This document shows positions 17,089 through 28,063 of a stretch of DNA of 64,000 nt, piece by piece. The DNA comes from Candidatus Colwellbacteria bacterium CG10_big_fil_rev_8_21_14_0_10_42_22 (GTDB taxonomy: Bacteria > Patescibacteriota > Minisyncoccia > UBA6257 > Colwellbacteraceae): positions 2,654-66,653 of the forward strand of contig PFAH01000008.1 of assembly GCA_002773725.1 (NCBI GenBank), read 5' to 3'. A model generated the notes under the pieces. The model had not been told where the DNA came from and searched no databases. It was given only the letters and a program-made list of their open reading frames with translations. Position 1 is the stretch's first letter. Every line of letters begins with the position of its first letter. Position numbers and translations under genes: made by a program.

Positions 17089-19647
17089 AAAATAATCATA
17101 AAAGGAGCTAGAGAGCATAATCTTAAGAATATAAACTTAGAGATACCTCGAGACAAAATGATTGTTTTTACGGGTCTCTCCGGTTCGGGCAAGTCCTCTT
17201 TAGCGTTTGATACTATTTTTGCAGAAGGGCAAAGACGCTATATAGAATCATTATCTGCTTATGCGAGACAATTCTTGGGGCGATTAGATAAACCCGACGT
17301 TGATGAAATAGAAGGATTATCTCCCGCCATTTCAATTGATCAGAAAAGCCATTCTTCTAACCCCAGATCAATTGTGGCGACCATCACCGAAATTTACGAC
17401 TACATGAGGGTTTTATACTCGCGCATTGGCAAACCACATTGCGTAGAATGTGGAGATGAAATAAGACGGATGTCTTCCGGGGAAATAGTAGACGCAATCA
17501 TAGAAACATTAAATACAGAAAAGGAGGCCAAAGAATTAATCGTGATGGCGCCCGTGGTTATTGGTAGGAAGGGCGAATACTATCAATTACTATACGATTT
17601 CCTTGGTTCCGGTTTTACTGAAAGTAGAGTTGACGGGGAATTTCGTTCTCTGCGCGATAGAATAGAAATGGCGCGTCACAAGCGCCATGATATCGATTTA
17701 GTTACAGACAAGATATCCGTCAGTACGGATTTTGGATCTAAGGATGGCAGATTAAGATTGGCTGAAGCCGTGGAGTTGGCGCTCAAATATGGTCACGATT
17801 CCGTAAAGATACTTTTTTCAAAAACCTTAAGTGGTCTTTATCAAAAAAGTATTAAAAAAGACACTAAAGAAAAGGAGATTATTTTTTCAGCACGTTTTGC
17901 CTGCCCGAAGGATAATTTTTCTTTTCCCGAAATTGAGCCACGACTTTTTTCATTCAACAGCCCCTATGGTGCATGTCCAGAATGTCATGGACTTGGCACA
18001 GAGAGCGTGTGGTCTGAAAGGCCTTGTGAAGTGTGCCAAGGTAAGCGTTTAAGACCGGAAGCTCTAAGCGTATTTATAAAAGGCAAAAATATTGTAGAAG
18101 CCACCGCCTTTTCAATAGGTGATGCTATTGATTTCTTTAATTCATTTGACGGATTGTCTACTCAGGACAAAGAGATAGCCCAAGCCCCTCTTAGAGAAAT
18201 TGGTTATCGACTTCAATTTATGAATGATGTTGGTTTGGAATACATTACTCTTGATAGAAAAGCGGGAACACTTTCGGGAGGAGAAGCCCAAAGAATTCGT
18301 TTGGCCTCTCAGATTGGTTCACGTTTGGTCGGGACTCTCTATATTTTAGACGAGCCAACTATCGGTTTACACCAACGAGATAATACTAAGCTGGTAAAAA
18401 CCCTTCAGGACTTGAGGGATTTAGGGAACACCATCGTGGTGGTAGAGCATGACGAAGAGACGATTAGAGCATCCGATTATCTTGTTGATATTGGGCCGGC
18501 TGCCGGAATTCATGGAGGAGAAATCGTAGCCGAAGGCAAAGTGCCCGAAATATTCAAAGATAAATCTCAAAAATCCCTGACTTTGGATTACTTACGAGGC
18601 GATAACGAGATTCCTTTACCGGAGGAAAGAAGAAAGATAAAAACTCCTGGAGATTATTTAAGAATCAAAGGGGCGACTGAAAATAATCTTAAGGGAATAA
18701 ATGTTGATATACCGCTTCGTAAATTCGTAACCGTTACGGGTGTTTCTGGTTCTGGAAAGAGTTCTCTTGTTTACGACGTTCTCTACAAAACTCTGGCTAA
18801 CAAGTTCAATCGCGCTAGTTACCAAGAGGGTGGGCACAAAAGTATTTTGGGCATGGAGTATGTAAATAGGGTGGTAAACATCGATCAATCTCCAATAGGT
18901 AGGACGCCTCGTTCAAATCCGGCCACGTATGTAGGCGCTTGGACATATATCCGAGAACTTTTTTCAGCTACTCCCGAAGCTAGGTTTAGGGGGTATAAAC
19001 CGGGTAGGTTTAGTTTCAATGTAAAAGGAGGAAGGTGTGAGAATTGTCAGGGTCATGGGCAGATTGCAATCGAGATGCATTTTTTGCCAACCGTTTATGT
19101 TAATTGTGATGCGTGTCATGGTAGGAGATTTAATCGGGAAACTTTGGAGGTGGTCTATCGAGATAAGAATATTTTTGAAGTATTAGAGATGACAATTGAA
19201 GAAGCGGTTAAATTTTTTGAAGACATACCTTGGCCTTACGACCGACTAAAAATTATGGACGAGGTGGGTCTTGGATATTTAAAGATTGGGCAATCTGCCA
19301 CCACATTGTCGGGCGGAGAAGCGCAGAGAATAAAGCTGGCTAAAGAGCTTGGAAAAAGGGACACTCGCAGAACCCTCTACCTATTAGACGAGCCCACCAC
19401 CGGATTGCACTTCGAGGATGTTAAAAAGTTATTGATTGTTCTTCAACGACTTGTTGATCGGGGTAATACTGTAGTGGTCATTGAGCATAACTTAGATGTG
19501 ATTAAAACATCCGATTGGGTTATAGATTTGGGGCCTGGAGGTGGAGATAAGGGTGGAGAAGTGGTGGTTGCCGGCACGCCCGAAGAGGTGGCAAGAAAAA
19601 AGACGAGCTATACTGGTGAATATTTGAGAAAAGTACTGAAATGTTAA
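17077..19647 (+). CDS. uvrA: excinuclease ABC subunit A
   Basis: 856 aa with two ABC cassettes: [14 protein letters not shown] and [11 protein letters not shown] Walker A, two LSGGEAQR signatures, and zinc-finger Cys pairs. It is shorter than the usual ~940 aa. Confidence 0.93.
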   Translation: MAQNKIIIKGAREHNLKNINLEIPRDKMIVFTGLSGSGKSSLAFDTIFAEGQRRYIESLSAYARQFLGRLDKPDVDEIEGLSPAISIDQKSHSSNPRSIVATITEIYDYMRVLYSRIGKPHCVECGDEIRRMSSGEIVDAIIETLNTEKEAKELIVMAPVVIGRKGEYYQLLYDFLGSGFTESRVDGEFRSLRDRIEMARHKRHDIDLVTDKISVSTDFGSKDGRLRLAEAVELALKYGHDSVKILFSKTLSGLYQKSIKKDTKEKEIIFSARFACPKDNFSFPEIEPRLFSFNSPYGACPECHGLGTESVWSERPCEVCQGKRLRPEALSVFIKGKNIVEATAFSIGDAIDFFNSFDGLSTQDKEIAQAPLREIGYRLQFMNDVGLEYITLDRKAGTLSGGEAQRIRLASQIGSRLVGTLYILDEPTIGLHQRDNTKLVKTLQDLRDLGNTIVVVEHDEETIRASDYLVDIGPAAGIHGGEIVAEGKVPEIFKDKSQKSLTLDYLRGDNEIPLPEERRKIKTPGDYLRIKGATENNLKGINVDIPLRKFVTVTGVSGSGKSSLVYDVLYKTLANKFNRASYQEGGHKSILGMEYVNRVVNIDQSPIGRTPRSNPATYVGAWTYIRELFSATPEARFRGYKPGRFSFNVKGGRCENCQGHGQIAIEMHFLPTVYVNCDACHGRRFNRETLEVVYRDKNIFEVLEMTIEEAVKFFEDIPWPYDRLKIMDEVGLGYLKIGQSATTLSGGEAQRIKLAKELGKRDTRRTLYLLDEPTTGLHFEDVKKLLIVLQRLVDRGNTVVVIEHNLDVIKTSDWVIDLGPGGGDKGGEVVVAGTPEEVARKKTSYTGEYLRKVLKC

Positions 19648-20828
19648 AAGACAAGCTAAAAAAACTACCCCCAAATCCCGGCGTTTATATCATGAAGGGA
19701 CAAAAGGACAAGGTTTTGTATATTGGCAAGGCCGGCAATTTAAAAAAAAGAGTTTCGAGCTATTTTTCTAAAAAACATACTGACAAAACCGCCAGCTTAA
19801 TTGAGGAGGTTAAAAAAATTGATTACATCGAAACTCCAACCGCCATTGAAGCCCTTATCTTAGAAGCGGAACTTATTAAGAAATATAAACCCCCATATAA
19901 TTTCAAAGAGAAAGACGATAAAAGTTTTTGGCACGTAGAGATTACCAAAGATGAGTTTCCGCGAGTCCTTTTGGTGCGTGGGAAAGATAAACCCCAAGGG
20001 GAGCGATCTGGACCCTTTACGAACGCCTCTGACATTAGAGCGGCTCTTCGTATCATTCGTAAGATTTTTCCTTTTAGCACCCACACGCCCAATAAGCTTT
20101 TGGGTAAATCTAAGAGACCGTGCTTTGAAGCTCAGATAGGCCTTTGTCCTGGGACATGCGTTGGGAGTGCTGATAGGGATGCATACAAGAAAAACATTAA
20201 AAATATCAAACTTTTATTCAAGGGAAATAAAAAGAAGATTCTTAAAGATTTAGAAAAAGAAATGAAGCAATCCGCGGAAATGTTGAACTTTGAAGAAGCT
20301 ATTCGACTAAGGGGGCAACTTTTTGCCCTTAATCATGTTCAAGACATAGCCCTGATAGCTCAAGCTGAAAAGATAAGTACAGATAGCGATTTAAGGATTG
20401 AGGGGTATGATGTCTCAAACATTTCGGGAACTAGCCCAGTTGGCTCTATGGCAGTTTTTAAAGGCGACTCTCCAGAACTGCAAGAATATAAAAAGTTTAA
20501 AATCAGAACTATTCATCAGCCGGACGACGTCGGTATGTTAAGAGAGGTCTTAGAAAGACGTTTCAAAAATGAGTGGCCTTTGCCAGATTTGGTACTAGTA
20601 GATGGAGGAAAACCCCAAGTTAATACGGCAAGGCAGGTTTTAGAAGAAGCGGGGCTTAGTATTCCATTAGTAGGCATTGCTAAAGGGCCCAAAAGAGACA
20701 AGAATGAATTTATAGGAACTATACCTAAAGGTTTTAGTAGAAAAACCTTAATACAAGTAAGGGATGAGGCCCATAGATTTGCAATCAGTTATCACAAAAA
20801 AGTACGCAGTAAAAGATTCTTATCTTAA
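19641..20828 (+). CDS. uvrC: excinuclease ABC subunit C (short form lacking the C-terminal HhH domain)
   Basis: 395 aa; GIY-YIG GVYIMKG...[21 protein letters not shown] domain [11 protein letters not shown], and an RNase H-like endonuclease region [20 protein letters not shown]...[14 protein letters not shown]. Confidence 0.85.
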   Translation: MLKDKLKKLPPNPGVYIMKGQKDKVLYIGKAGNLKKRVSSYFSKKHTDKTASLIEEVKKIDYIETPTAIEALILEAELIKKYKPPYNFKEKDDKSFWHVEITKDEFPRVLLVRGKDKPQGERSGPFTNASDIRAALRIIRKIFPFSTHTPNKLLGKSKRPCFEAQIGLCPGTCVGSADRDAYKKNIKNIKLLFKGNKKKILKDLEKEMKQSAEMLNFEEAIRLRGQLFALNHVQDIALIAQAEKISTDSDLRIEGYDVSNISGTSPVGSMAVFKGDSPELQEYKKFKIRTIHQPDDVGMLREVLERRFKNEWPLPDLVLVDGGKPQVNTARQVLEEAGLSIPLVGIAKGPKRDKNEFIGTIPKGFSRKTLIQVRDEAHRFAISYHKKVRSKRFLS

Positions 20829-21838
20829 TGAGTAAATTATCAGTTGGCATAGTGGGTCTTCCCAATGTGGGTAAATCAACTCTTTTTAAGGCCTTAACTG
20901 CGGTGGATATTAATATTGCCAATTATCCTTTCGCCACTATTGACCCAAACGTGGGCGTGGTTAGTGTTCCAGACGAACGATTAGATAAATTGGCAACGCT
21001 TTCCAAATCCGAACAAAAAGTGCCAGCAGTGGTGGAATTTTATGATATTGCCGGCTTGGTTAAGGGAGCTAACCAAGGAGAGGGATTGGGTAATCAGTTT
21101 CTTGCCCACATTAGGGAGACAAAAGTGCTTATACACGTAGTCCGAATTTTCAAGTCAGAAGAGATAATTCATGTAGAGGGCTCGGTGGATCCAATTAGAG
21201 ACATAGAGACAATCAATACAGAATTAATGTTGAAAGACATGGAGACGCTTGAGAGGCGCCTCAAGACCGCTGTAAAAGAAGCCAAAACTGGTGATAAGGG
21301 AAAGGCAAAAGATTTAAAAACATTAGAAAGCGTAAAGAAAGTATTAGATGATGGAAAGCTGGTAATTTCTGCGGACGAGGATGTTGTAAACACCCCCGTT
21401 GTGCGCGAACTCGGTCTTTTAACAGCTAAGCCACAAATTTTACTTTTAAATGGCGAGACCCAAGAGGCATCAGATGAATTGAAGAAAAAAATTGAAGACC
21501 TTGGGTTTTATTTTATAGTTGCTGATCTAAGCAAAGAAGTTAATTTAGAAGGTCTGATAAAAGAATCTTACAAAACCCTCGACTTGATTAGTTTTTTAAC
21601 AACTGGTCCTAAGGAAACTCGTGGATGGACAGTTAAAAAGGGGAGTAGTGCTCCGCAGGCCGCCGGTGTTATTCATACAGATTTTCAGGACAAGTTTATT
21701 AGGGCAGAAGTTATTAATTGGGAAAAGCTTTTAGAAGCGGGGGGATGGAATGAAGCTCGCGCCAAGGGCCTTATAAAGACCGAAGGCAAGGCGTATATTA
21801 TTCAAGACGGAGACGTTTTGTTGATAAGGCACTCCTGA
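20828..21838 (+). CDS. ychF: ribosome-binding ATPase YchF (Obg-family GTPase)
   Basis: 336 aa; G1 GLPNVGKSTLF, then NYPFATIDPNVGVV and DIAGLVKGA, with a C-terminal TGS-like tail. Confidence 0.9.
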   Translation: MSKLSVGIVGLPNVGKSTLFKALTAVDINIANYPFATIDPNVGVVSVPDERLDKLATLSKSEQKVPAVVEFYDIAGLVKGANQGEGLGNQFLAHIRETKVLIHVVRIFKSEEIIHVEGSVDPIRDIETINTELMLKDMETLERRLKTAVKEAKTGDKGKAKDLKTLESVKKVLDDGKLVISADEDVVNTPVVRELGLLTAKPQILLLNGETQEASDELKKKIEDLGFYFIVADLSKEVNLEGLIKESYKTLDLISFLTTGPKETRGWTVKKGSSAPQAAGVIHTDFQDKFIRAEVINWEKLLEAGGWNEARAKGLIKTEGKAYIIQDGDVLLIRHS

Positions 21839-22042
21839 GAAATGTTTTTCTTTTTGGGGAGAGGGGAGGGGGAGAAAGCGAGCTCAACTCGATCACTAAG
21901 GCCATCGGCCCACTGGACCTTCGCTCGAATCTCTCCCTCTACCGCCGTTCACGGCTGTGGTACTAGGCGGCGCTCCTCTTGCTGTTGCTATCCATGGGAT
22001 CCTCCCATGTGATTCGCTCCGGAACAAGTCCGGCTTCTTTAT

Positions 22043-22318
22043 ATGTTAAGAAGGGGGTTCTCTCGTTGTCAATATGTTAAAATTGAGTTAATGCAGAATC
22101 TTTTGGACAACCTAGATTCTTTAGCTCCGGAATTTTTGTGGACGAGCGCTTTTTTTGTAGTGATTTTTACTATCTTAATTGCCTGGGCGCTTTCGTATCA
22201 TTGGCGAGAGTATTCTATAGACATGCATAGGGACGCAAAGATGTTTAAAGGGTATTTGAGCATAGCAGGTGTCCTGATGGTCGCTATGTTTTTAAGCTTA
22301 ATTTTATATTTATACTAA
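22043..22318 (+). CDS. hypothetical small membrane protein
   Basis: Two hydrophobic helices. An in-frame ATG at 22091 (MQNLLDNL...) is an equally plausible start. No ribosome-binding site seen for either. Confidence 0.4.
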   Translation: MLRRGFSRCQYVKIELMQNLLDNLDSLAPEFLWTSAFFVVIFTILIAWALSYHWREYSIDMHRDAKMFKGYLSIAGVLMVAMFLSLILYLY

Positions 22319-22842
22319 TGGCCGGAGTAAACATAGATGCAGGCGAGAAAGTTTTAGCGGAATTCAGGCGTCACTGGTATGTGCTGGCGACAGAATCGGC
22401 TGCCATCGCTGCTATGGCCCTCTTGCCTTTTGGCGCTCTCACAGCCCTGACGGCTGTTAATTATTCTGAAAGGATATTCTTCCTTATTCTTTTTATGTCT
22501 ATGGCGTGGCTTACTATTCTTTGGTCGCTTTTTTTTATAATTTGGACTAATTACTACTTAGATGTTTGGATTCTGACGGATAAGAAAATTATAGACATAG
22601 AGCAATATACTCTTTTTAGTCGAGATGTTTCGGAATTCAGGTTAGACAGAATTCAAGATATTACAGTAGAGGTAAAAGGTATCGTGGCCACCTTTTTAAA
22701 ATTTGGCACTTTGCACGTACAAACTGCTGGCACTCATCATGAGTTTATGATTAAGAACGTCCCGAATCCGTATCAAGTGCGAGATATGATCATGGATTGG
22801 CACAGTCGGGCTATGAAAGTAAATAACCCTAAAGATGCCTAG
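22318..22842 (+). CDS. membrane protein with bacterial PH (bPH_2/DUF304, YdbS-like) domain
   Basis: 174 aa; GEKVLAEFRRHWYVLATE, then two TM helices, then a C-terminal beta-rich domain. Typical bPH_2 architecture. Confidence 0.6.
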   Translation: MAGVNIDAGEKVLAEFRRHWYVLATESAAIAAMALLPFGALTALTAVNYSERIFFLILFMSMAWLTILWSLFFIIWTNYYLDVWILTDKKIIDIEQYTLFSRDVSEFRLDRIQDITVEVKGIVATFLKFGTLHVQTAGTHHEFMIKNVPNPYQVRDMIMDWHSRAMKVNNPKDA

Positions 22843-23299
22843 AAAGAATATTGAAGGACAAATAGGATTTCCAGGTATAGAAGAAGAGGAGACAAAAGAA
22901 CAGATTGAAAAAAGAAAAATAGGGGCAAAAAGAAGAAGCGAATTAATCGGTACGAGAATTTTCCCATTTGGGGAAGTTAATGAAGGCGGAGCACAAGCAT
23001 TACAAGACGGTTATATAGTAACCACAGAGGTGAGACGATGGGGTGGAAAACTTCTTGATAGTGTCGAAGACCAGTTGACCAGGGTTACTGGTAAGGAAAG
23101 AGGTCCTATGCCTCCGGACGAAAGTAGTTGGCCCAATGTTATACCCGAAACAAGAAAATTCAATTTGGACAGAATAGTGGATGAAAGACGTCGGTCTTTA
23201 ATCAAAAAGTATGTTGAAGAAGGCGATATAGAGAGGGCAGGAGATTTAAAAAGAAAAAGAAGAGAGGGTAGAGCCAAACAAGAGAAAAGAAGGTCTTGA
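22835..23299 (+). CDS. hypothetical highly charged protein
   Basis: 154 aa with an 8-nt overlap with the upstream gene. Lys/Arg/Glu-rich tail. No family recognised. Confidence 0.45.
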   Translation: MPRKNIEGQIGFPGIEEEETKEQIEKRKIGAKRRSELIGTRIFPFGEVNEGGAQALQDGYIVTTEVRRWGGKLLDSVEDQLTRVTGKERGPMPPDESSWPNVIPETRKFNLDRIVDERRRSLIKKYVEEGDIERAGDLKRKRREGRAKQEKRRS

Positions 23300-23350
23300 T
23301 TTGACGTTTTTCCTATAATACGATGTCTCCACGCTAGGTAAGGAGATACG

Positions 23351-23881
23351 TTGACATATCAAGTTCTGGAGAAAGGGCCTTGGCTCTTCAGAGTGGCGGA
23401 TGACGGCTCGCACGCTTGGGGTATCTACGCCGGCATCGTCCGGTTTTACTTGCTCCCCCAGCCAGGTCGGCTCCATGCCGATTGGAGTCGTCGGAAAACC
23501 ATGAAGGGTTATCCGGGTTTTGTTCCGGATGAGCACTTCTGGCCCTATTTGCAGGAAATCAACAAGTTGATGCTGGATAGACGGAAGCGAATTCCGTTCT
23601 CGCCTGGTCGGCGGGACTTTGCGAATCGTCGCAAGGTTTCCATGGAATTTTCGAATGGCAGAGTGGACTTCTTCATCCATCCCATGGGTGAGGATTGCTG
23701 GGTTCACATCTACTCCGGAGAGAGGGTGGAAGCGGTCCTTCTCTTCACTCGAGGGATTATGGGCGAAGTAGAACGCGACCTTTCCAAGTCCTCTGGCCAC
23801 ACATCGGAAAATATGGAGACCTACGTCCGGCTTTCCGCCGATCAATTGATGCATTGGCAAGCCAGCTTCGCTCATAGTTGA
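23351..23881 (+). CDS. hypothetical protein (176 aa) in a GC-rich insert
   Basis: TTG start with AAGGAG 6 nt upstream. TTGATT/TTGACG and TATAAT elements lie just upstream (23297-23325). A hairpin terminator sits at 23905-23945. Composition differs from the flanks. The antisense 209-aa ORF is judged spurious. Confidence 0.5.
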   Translation: MTYQVLEKGPWLFRVADDGSHAWGIYAGIVRFYLLPQPGRLHADWSRRKTMKGYPGFVPDEHFWPYLQEINKLMLDRRKRIPFSPGRRDFANRRKVSMEFSNGRVDFFIHPMGEDCWVHIYSGERVEAVLLFTRGIMGEVERDLSKSSGHTSENMETYVRLSADQLMHWQASFAHS

Positions 23882-23904
23882 TCGTGCTACATGAGGGGGC
23901 GATG

Positions 23905-23948
23905 ACGCGAGGGGGTGAAGCGTCAGGACCCCCTTTCGTCATTTTCAA
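23905..23948 (+). terminator. intrinsic terminator (AGGGGG...CCCCCT plus a T-rich tail)
   Basis: Read directly: GACGCGAGGGGGTGAAGCGTCAGGACCCCCTTTCGTCATTTTC. Confidence 0.55.
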
Positions 23949-23991
23949 ATAATTAATAACCTACTTTTTAAAGAGTCATTTTTATGGCACC

Positions 23992-24264
23992 ATGAAGTAT
24001 ATGTTTCCAGAAATAGATTCTAGTTTGATGGCAGATAGTCCGGTTTTCTGGATGATGGTATTAATCCAGCTTTGGGAGTTGCCCTGGAAGGGTTATGCCC
24101 TTTGGAAAGCTGCTCGTAATAAACATATAGGTTGGTTTGTTGCCCTCCTTTTTATTCACCTAGCCGCCCTTATAGATATCATTTACATTTTTTATTTCAG
24201 CGAACCCAAGAAAAGGGTTGTTCATAAGTTTATAAAGCGTCCAAGCAAAACCACTAAGAAATAG
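23992..24264 (+). CDS. hypothetical small membrane protein
   Basis: 90 aa; two hydrophobic helices, W-rich, with a basic C-terminus. Confidence 0.45.
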   Translation: MKYMFPEIDSSLMADSPVFWMMVLIQLWELPWKGYALWKAARNKHIGWFVALLFIHLAALIDIIYIFYFSEPKKRVVHKFIKRPSKTTKK

Positions 24265-24266
24265 TA

Positions 24267-25115
24267 GTGAAAAGACCCAACTTAGGTGCACACGTTAAAG
24301 CAGCGGGTGGTCTTTATCGATCTGTAGAAAACGCCCAAGCTATAGGTGCAGAGACGATTCAAATATTCGGCGCCTCGCCTCGACAGTGGAGAGCCAAAAC
24401 TCCAAGCAAAGATGTTGTTTTAAGATTTAAAGAAGAGTTCAAAAATAGCAACATTCAATCCGTTTATCTTCACGCCGCTTATTTAGTAAATCTAGCAACA
24501 AGCGATAAAGATTTGCATAAAAAGTCCGTAGAGAACCTAGCAATCCATTTTGAGATAGCCAATATGATTGGCGCCAAGGGCTTGGTCTTCCATATAGGTT
24601 CCGACAAGGGCCTAAATAGAGAAGAGGCGTTGATGAGAGTGGTGAATGGCATGGAACAGGTCTTAAAGAAAGTATCCGGCGAAACTTTGCTTATCATGGA
24701 GAATTCTTCCGGTGGTGGTGGAAAAATCGGTTCTGACTTATTCGAGATAGGGAAATTATTGAAAATGATTAAGTCAAAAAGAGTAAAGATATGTTTGGAT
24801 ACTGCCCATGCTTTTGAAGCGGGTAAAATAAAATATGAATCAGCAGAAATTAAAGAATATTTTGATAAATGGGATAAGGAGATTGGCATAGACAACTTAG
24901 TGGTGCTCCACGCCAACGACTCTAAAACAGCTTATGGTTCTAATATAGACAGGCATGAAAATATTGGTGAAGGATATATTGGAAAAACGGGTTTTAAAAA
25001 CTTGGTAAGAGAAAAGCGTTTATGGAACAAGGACTGGATTTTGGAGGTGCCCGGCTTTGATGGCAAAGGACCCGATAAAAAAAATTTAGAAATCTTAAAA
25101 TCTTGCTTTAAATAA
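24267..25115 (+). CDS. nfo: endonuclease IV (AP endonuclease family 2)
   Basis: 282 aa; NLGAHVKAAGG...AIGAETIQIFGASPRQW...YLHAAYLVNLA...GLVFHIGS...CLDTAHAFEAG match the Nfo TIM-barrel metal-site blocks. GTG start. Confidence 0.85.
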   Translation: MKRPNLGAHVKAAGGLYRSVENAQAIGAETIQIFGASPRQWRAKTPSKDVVLRFKEEFKNSNIQSVYLHAAYLVNLATSDKDLHKKSVENLAIHFEIANMIGAKGLVFHIGSDKGLNREEALMRVVNGMEQVLKKVSGETLLIMENSSGGGGKIGSDLFEIGKLLKMIKSKRVKICLDTAHAFEAGKIKYESAEIKEYFDKWDKEIGIDNLVVLHANDSKTAYGSNIDRHENIGEGYIGKTGFKNLVREKRLWNKDWILEVPGFDGKGPDKKNLEILKSCFK

Positions 25116-25149
25116 GTGAAGATTTTATTCTAATTGCTATAATTAAGAC

Positions 25150-25869
25150 ATGCCTCAAAAGAAAAGGATTAATAAAGATGAAGATGATATCCTTGCTATC
25201 AAGGCAAGGGATCAATATAAAACAATCGACGAATTAGTTAAGAAGAGTAAACCGAACTCGGTTTATTACACTCTTTTGATAATTTCATCTTTAATCATTG
25301 CTTTTGGTTTACTTTTGGGCAATTCAACGGTTGTTATTGGTGGGATGTTGGTTACGCCGGTGCTCACCCCAATTCTTTTTATTGCTCTTGGTATAGTCAC
25401 CGGAGAGCTAGGTCTTATTAAAAGCGTAGGTCAACTGATAGCTAAATCATTTGCTATCGTATTTGCGAGCGGTTTAGTGGCGGCTTGGATTTTCGGAACC
25501 GGCGGAAGTTCACTGAATTTCATAGAAAATGATATTACAGTACCGGCACTCTATTTCAGCGTAGCTCTTTTAGCTGGTGCGGCAGCCACCTTTGCCTGGA
25601 CGCGTAAAGACGTAGTGGATATTTTACCCGGAGTTGCTATTGCCGTTGCCTTGGTGCCTCCCCTTACCCTATCGGGAATAGGACTAAGCCTTTTAAACGT
25701 GACTTTAGTTAGGATAAACTTTCTCATTTTTCTTTTCAATGTTTTCGGCGTAATTATTGGAAGCTTGATAGTTTTTTCTTTGCTTGGATTTTATAAAACT
25801 AAAGAGCGAGTTCATCGCGAAGCTGAAGTTGTAGAGAAGGAGACCAAGAGGACATCAAAGAAGAAATAG
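25150..25869 (+). CDS. DUF389-like integral membrane protein
   Basis: 239 aa; the hydrophobic repeat VVIGGMLVTPVLTPILFIALGIVTGE resembles the DUF389/TIGR00341 core. Confidence 0.45.
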   Translation: MPQKKRINKDEDDILAIKARDQYKTIDELVKKSKPNSVYYTLLIISSLIIAFGLLLGNSTVVIGGMLVTPVLTPILFIALGIVTGELGLIKSVGQLIAKSFAIVFASGLVAAWIFGTGGSSLNFIENDITVPALYFSVALLAGAAATFAWTRKDVVDILPGVAIAVALVPPLTLSGIGLSLLNVTLVRINFLIFLFNVFGVIIGSLIVFSLLGFYKTKERVHREAEVVEKETKRTSKKK

Positions 25870-26412
25870 TTGAAAAAGCTCTTTGTATCCATAGATTTGA
25901 GTGATGAAATAGCCGGCTATTTAGCCGGCTTCGTTAAACACTTACCTCGAGTTCACGAGTGCAGATTGGTTCCCCACGAGAACTATCACATTACAGCCAA
26001 TTTTATTGGTTATGTGGGTGAAGATATTATAGGTGAGATAAAAACACGTCTCGAGAAAGTGTCTTTATCCAACGGACCCTTCTATTTAGAGTTGGAGAAG
26101 ATGATTGCTGGACCTCCAAACAAAACACCTAGACAGATTTGGGCTGTTCTTAACGAAAGTCCGCAATATAACAAACTAACAAACAACTTGCGAGAATCCT
26201 TAATTCAGTTCAGTGATTCAAAACTTAAAGAGATGATTCCGCACGTGACATTAGTCCGATGTTATAAACCAGATAAGAATCTTCGTCAATTTGAACGAGA
26301 GATTGAACCTGGTCGTAGTATGCTGGTTGGTAATTTGTTTTTAATGGAGAGCATACAGGCATCAAAAGGGGTTTATTATAAACCACTTGCAGAATATAAA
26401 TTACGGGGATGA
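25870..26412 (+). CDS. thpR: RNA 2',3'-cyclic phosphodiesterase (2H phosphoesterase, LigT/ThpR family)
   Basis: 180 aa with a TTG start. Two H-x-T/S-x motifs (HITANFIG and HVTLVR) at the characteristic spacing. Confidence 0.75.
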   Translation: MKKLFVSIDLSDEIAGYLAGFVKHLPRVHECRLVPHENYHITANFIGYVGEDIIGEIKTRLEKVSLSNGPFYLELEKMIAGPPNKTPRQIWAVLNESPQYNKLTNNLRESLIQFSDSKLKEMIPHVTLVRCYKPDKNLRQFEREIEPGRSMLVGNLFLMESIQASKGVYYKPLAEYKLRG

Positions 26413-26630
26413 AGCTACGCCTTAAGGTCAAAACTAATTCAAAAGAAGCATCTATCGAAGAAAAAGATGGGTATCTTTTGGTGAGAGTGGGGGCGTCTGC
26501 CAGAGAGGGCGCTGCCAATAAAGAAGTTATAAACCTAGTAGCTAAATATTTTGGGGTTTCAAAAAGTGAAGTAGAGATTGTTTCAGGATTGAAATCAAGG
26601 AATAAAGTGATTACTATCAAGGATAAATAA
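26409..26630 (+). CDS. yggU: DUF167 (YggU/UPF0235) family protein
   Basis: 73 aa; LKVKTNSKEASIEEKDGYLLVRVGASAREGAANKEVINLVAKYFGVSKSEVEIVSGLKSRNKVI matches the YggU pattern. Confidence 0.7.
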   Translation: MKLRLKVKTNSKEASIEEKDGYLLVRVGASAREGAANKEVINLVAKYFGVSKSEVEIVSGLKSRNKVITIKDK

Positions 26631-26636
26631 GATCAA

Positions 26637-27323
26637 ATGCAGGCAGTTATATTAGCAGCGGGTGAAGGAAGCAGATTAAGGCCGTTTACGGACAATTTGC
26701 CAAAGCCAATGGTAAACGTTTCTGGTAAGCCCATTCTTGAAAGAACCTTGGATATTTTGCCGGACGAAATAGAAGAAGTTGTATTAATCGTAGGTTATAA
26801 GAAAGAAAAAATTATAGAGCATTTTGGAGACGAATATAGACGTATCAAGATTACGTATGCTGAACAGAAAGAACGAAAAGGTACATACGATGCCCTTCTT
26901 TGCGCTGAACCGTTCTTAAAAAAAGGTTTTTTCTTGCTTTTACAAGGAGACGAACTTTATCACCCCTTTGACCTCAAAAGATGTGTTGAATCAGAAGAGT
27001 TGGCTGCTTTAGTTATTGAAACGGAACATCCCGAAAGGTTCGGCATCTGTATTCCGGATGAAAATGACTATGTTGTTAAGATTATCGAAAAACCAACAGA
27101 TGCTCCCGGCAACTTGGCAAGTATTGGCGCCTTTCTCTTACATACAGATATATTTAAAATGTCCAAATTTGCATCAGAAGCTATTCCCGGGGAATATGTT
27201 TTAGCTGAACATATTAGCAAGTGGGTTGAGGAGGTCAAAATGAAAATGATAAGAGCCACTTTTTGGTATACCATCAGTTCCCACGAGGATGTTTATATAG
27301 CTGATAAGTTCTTGGGGATGTAA
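26637..27323 (+). CDS. sugar-phosphate nucleotidyltransferase (NTP_transferase domain)
   Basis: 228 aa; MQAVILAAGEGSRLRPFTDNLPKPMVNVSGKPILE is the classic G-x-G-x-R-L nucleotidyltransferase N-terminus. Confidence 0.8.
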   Translation: MQAVILAAGEGSRLRPFTDNLPKPMVNVSGKPILERTLDILPDEIEEVVLIVGYKKEKIIEHFGDEYRRIKITYAEQKERKGTYDALLCAEPFLKKGFFLLLQGDELYHPFDLKRCVESEELAALVIETEHPERFGICIPDENDYVVKIIEKPTDAPGNLASIGAFLLHTDIFKMSKFASEAIPGEYVLAEHISKWVEEVKMKMIRATFWYTISSHEDVYIADKFLGM

Positions 27324-27341
27324 GTGTTATAATTAAATCAA

Positions 27342-28022
27342 ATGTTTGATTTTTTGAGTCCCATAGACGCGCTTTCGTCTGTAACCCTTTTATTCTTGGC
27401 TGTCTTTGGACTAATCGAACTATTAATTATCCTAAGACATCGTTACTACTTAGAGAAAAAACACCTAGCTATTTTACGACTAGACCCACAAATACAGGAG
27501 GGGAAAATTGGAGAATTCATTAAATCTATAAGACCCCCATTTATCTTTGAGGTTGCGGTTCATCAACTGGGTAAAGAGATTCACTATTATCTTATTTTGC
27601 CGAGAAAAAGAGTTAAACATTTTAAGAATCTAAGTCAGATAAAACGGGTTGAGGATTACCATTTATTCCATCACGGAGGCGAACACCTCGGTGCCTATTT
27701 AAAAGGTGATGACAAATGGCCGGATATAGATTTTAAAAAAATAGATTTTTCTAAAGTGAACGAAGTGGGTGAGGGCGTAGCAATTCAGTTAGTGTTCGGT
27801 AGGCGTCGCATGAAAAAAACAGCAGTTAATTTTAGGATATTGATTTCTGCTCCCTCTAGTTATCAGGCAAAAGAAATATTAAGCGCTATCAAGCCAGCAT
27901 TTTCGAACCTTAGTTTAATTGAGTCCAAAAGCGAGGAATTTTTGCGCAAAGCTAATTTCAGAGAATTTAATGAAAAGGAGGCGATGTATTGGATGGTAGC
28001 TGGGAATAAGAACAAAGCTTGA
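27342..28022 (+). CDS. hypothetical protein with N-terminal TM helix
   Basis: 226 aa; no family recognised. Confidence 0.45.
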   Translation: MFDFLSPIDALSSVTLLFLAVFGLIELLIILRHRYYLEKKHLAILRLDPQIQEGKIGEFIKSIRPPFIFEVAVHQLGKEIHYYLILPRKRVKHFKNLSQIKRVEDYHLFHHGGEHLGAYLKGDDKWPDIDFKKIDFSKVNEVGEGVAIQLVFGRRRMKKTAVNFRILISAPSSYQAKEILSAIKPAFSNLSLIESKSEEFLRKANFREFNEKEAMYWMVAGNKNKA

Positions 28023-28063
28023 AAACCTTTATTTATTAAAGCTAAAATACTCATTGGAGCGGC

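Noticed and set aside
23246-23875. 209-aa minus-strand ORF antisense to the 23351-23881 gene
   Set aside because: High-GC sequence lacks stop codons on both strands. Only the plus-strand ORF has an SD (AAGGAG) and a downstream terminator, and the minus-strand translation is compositionally odd.
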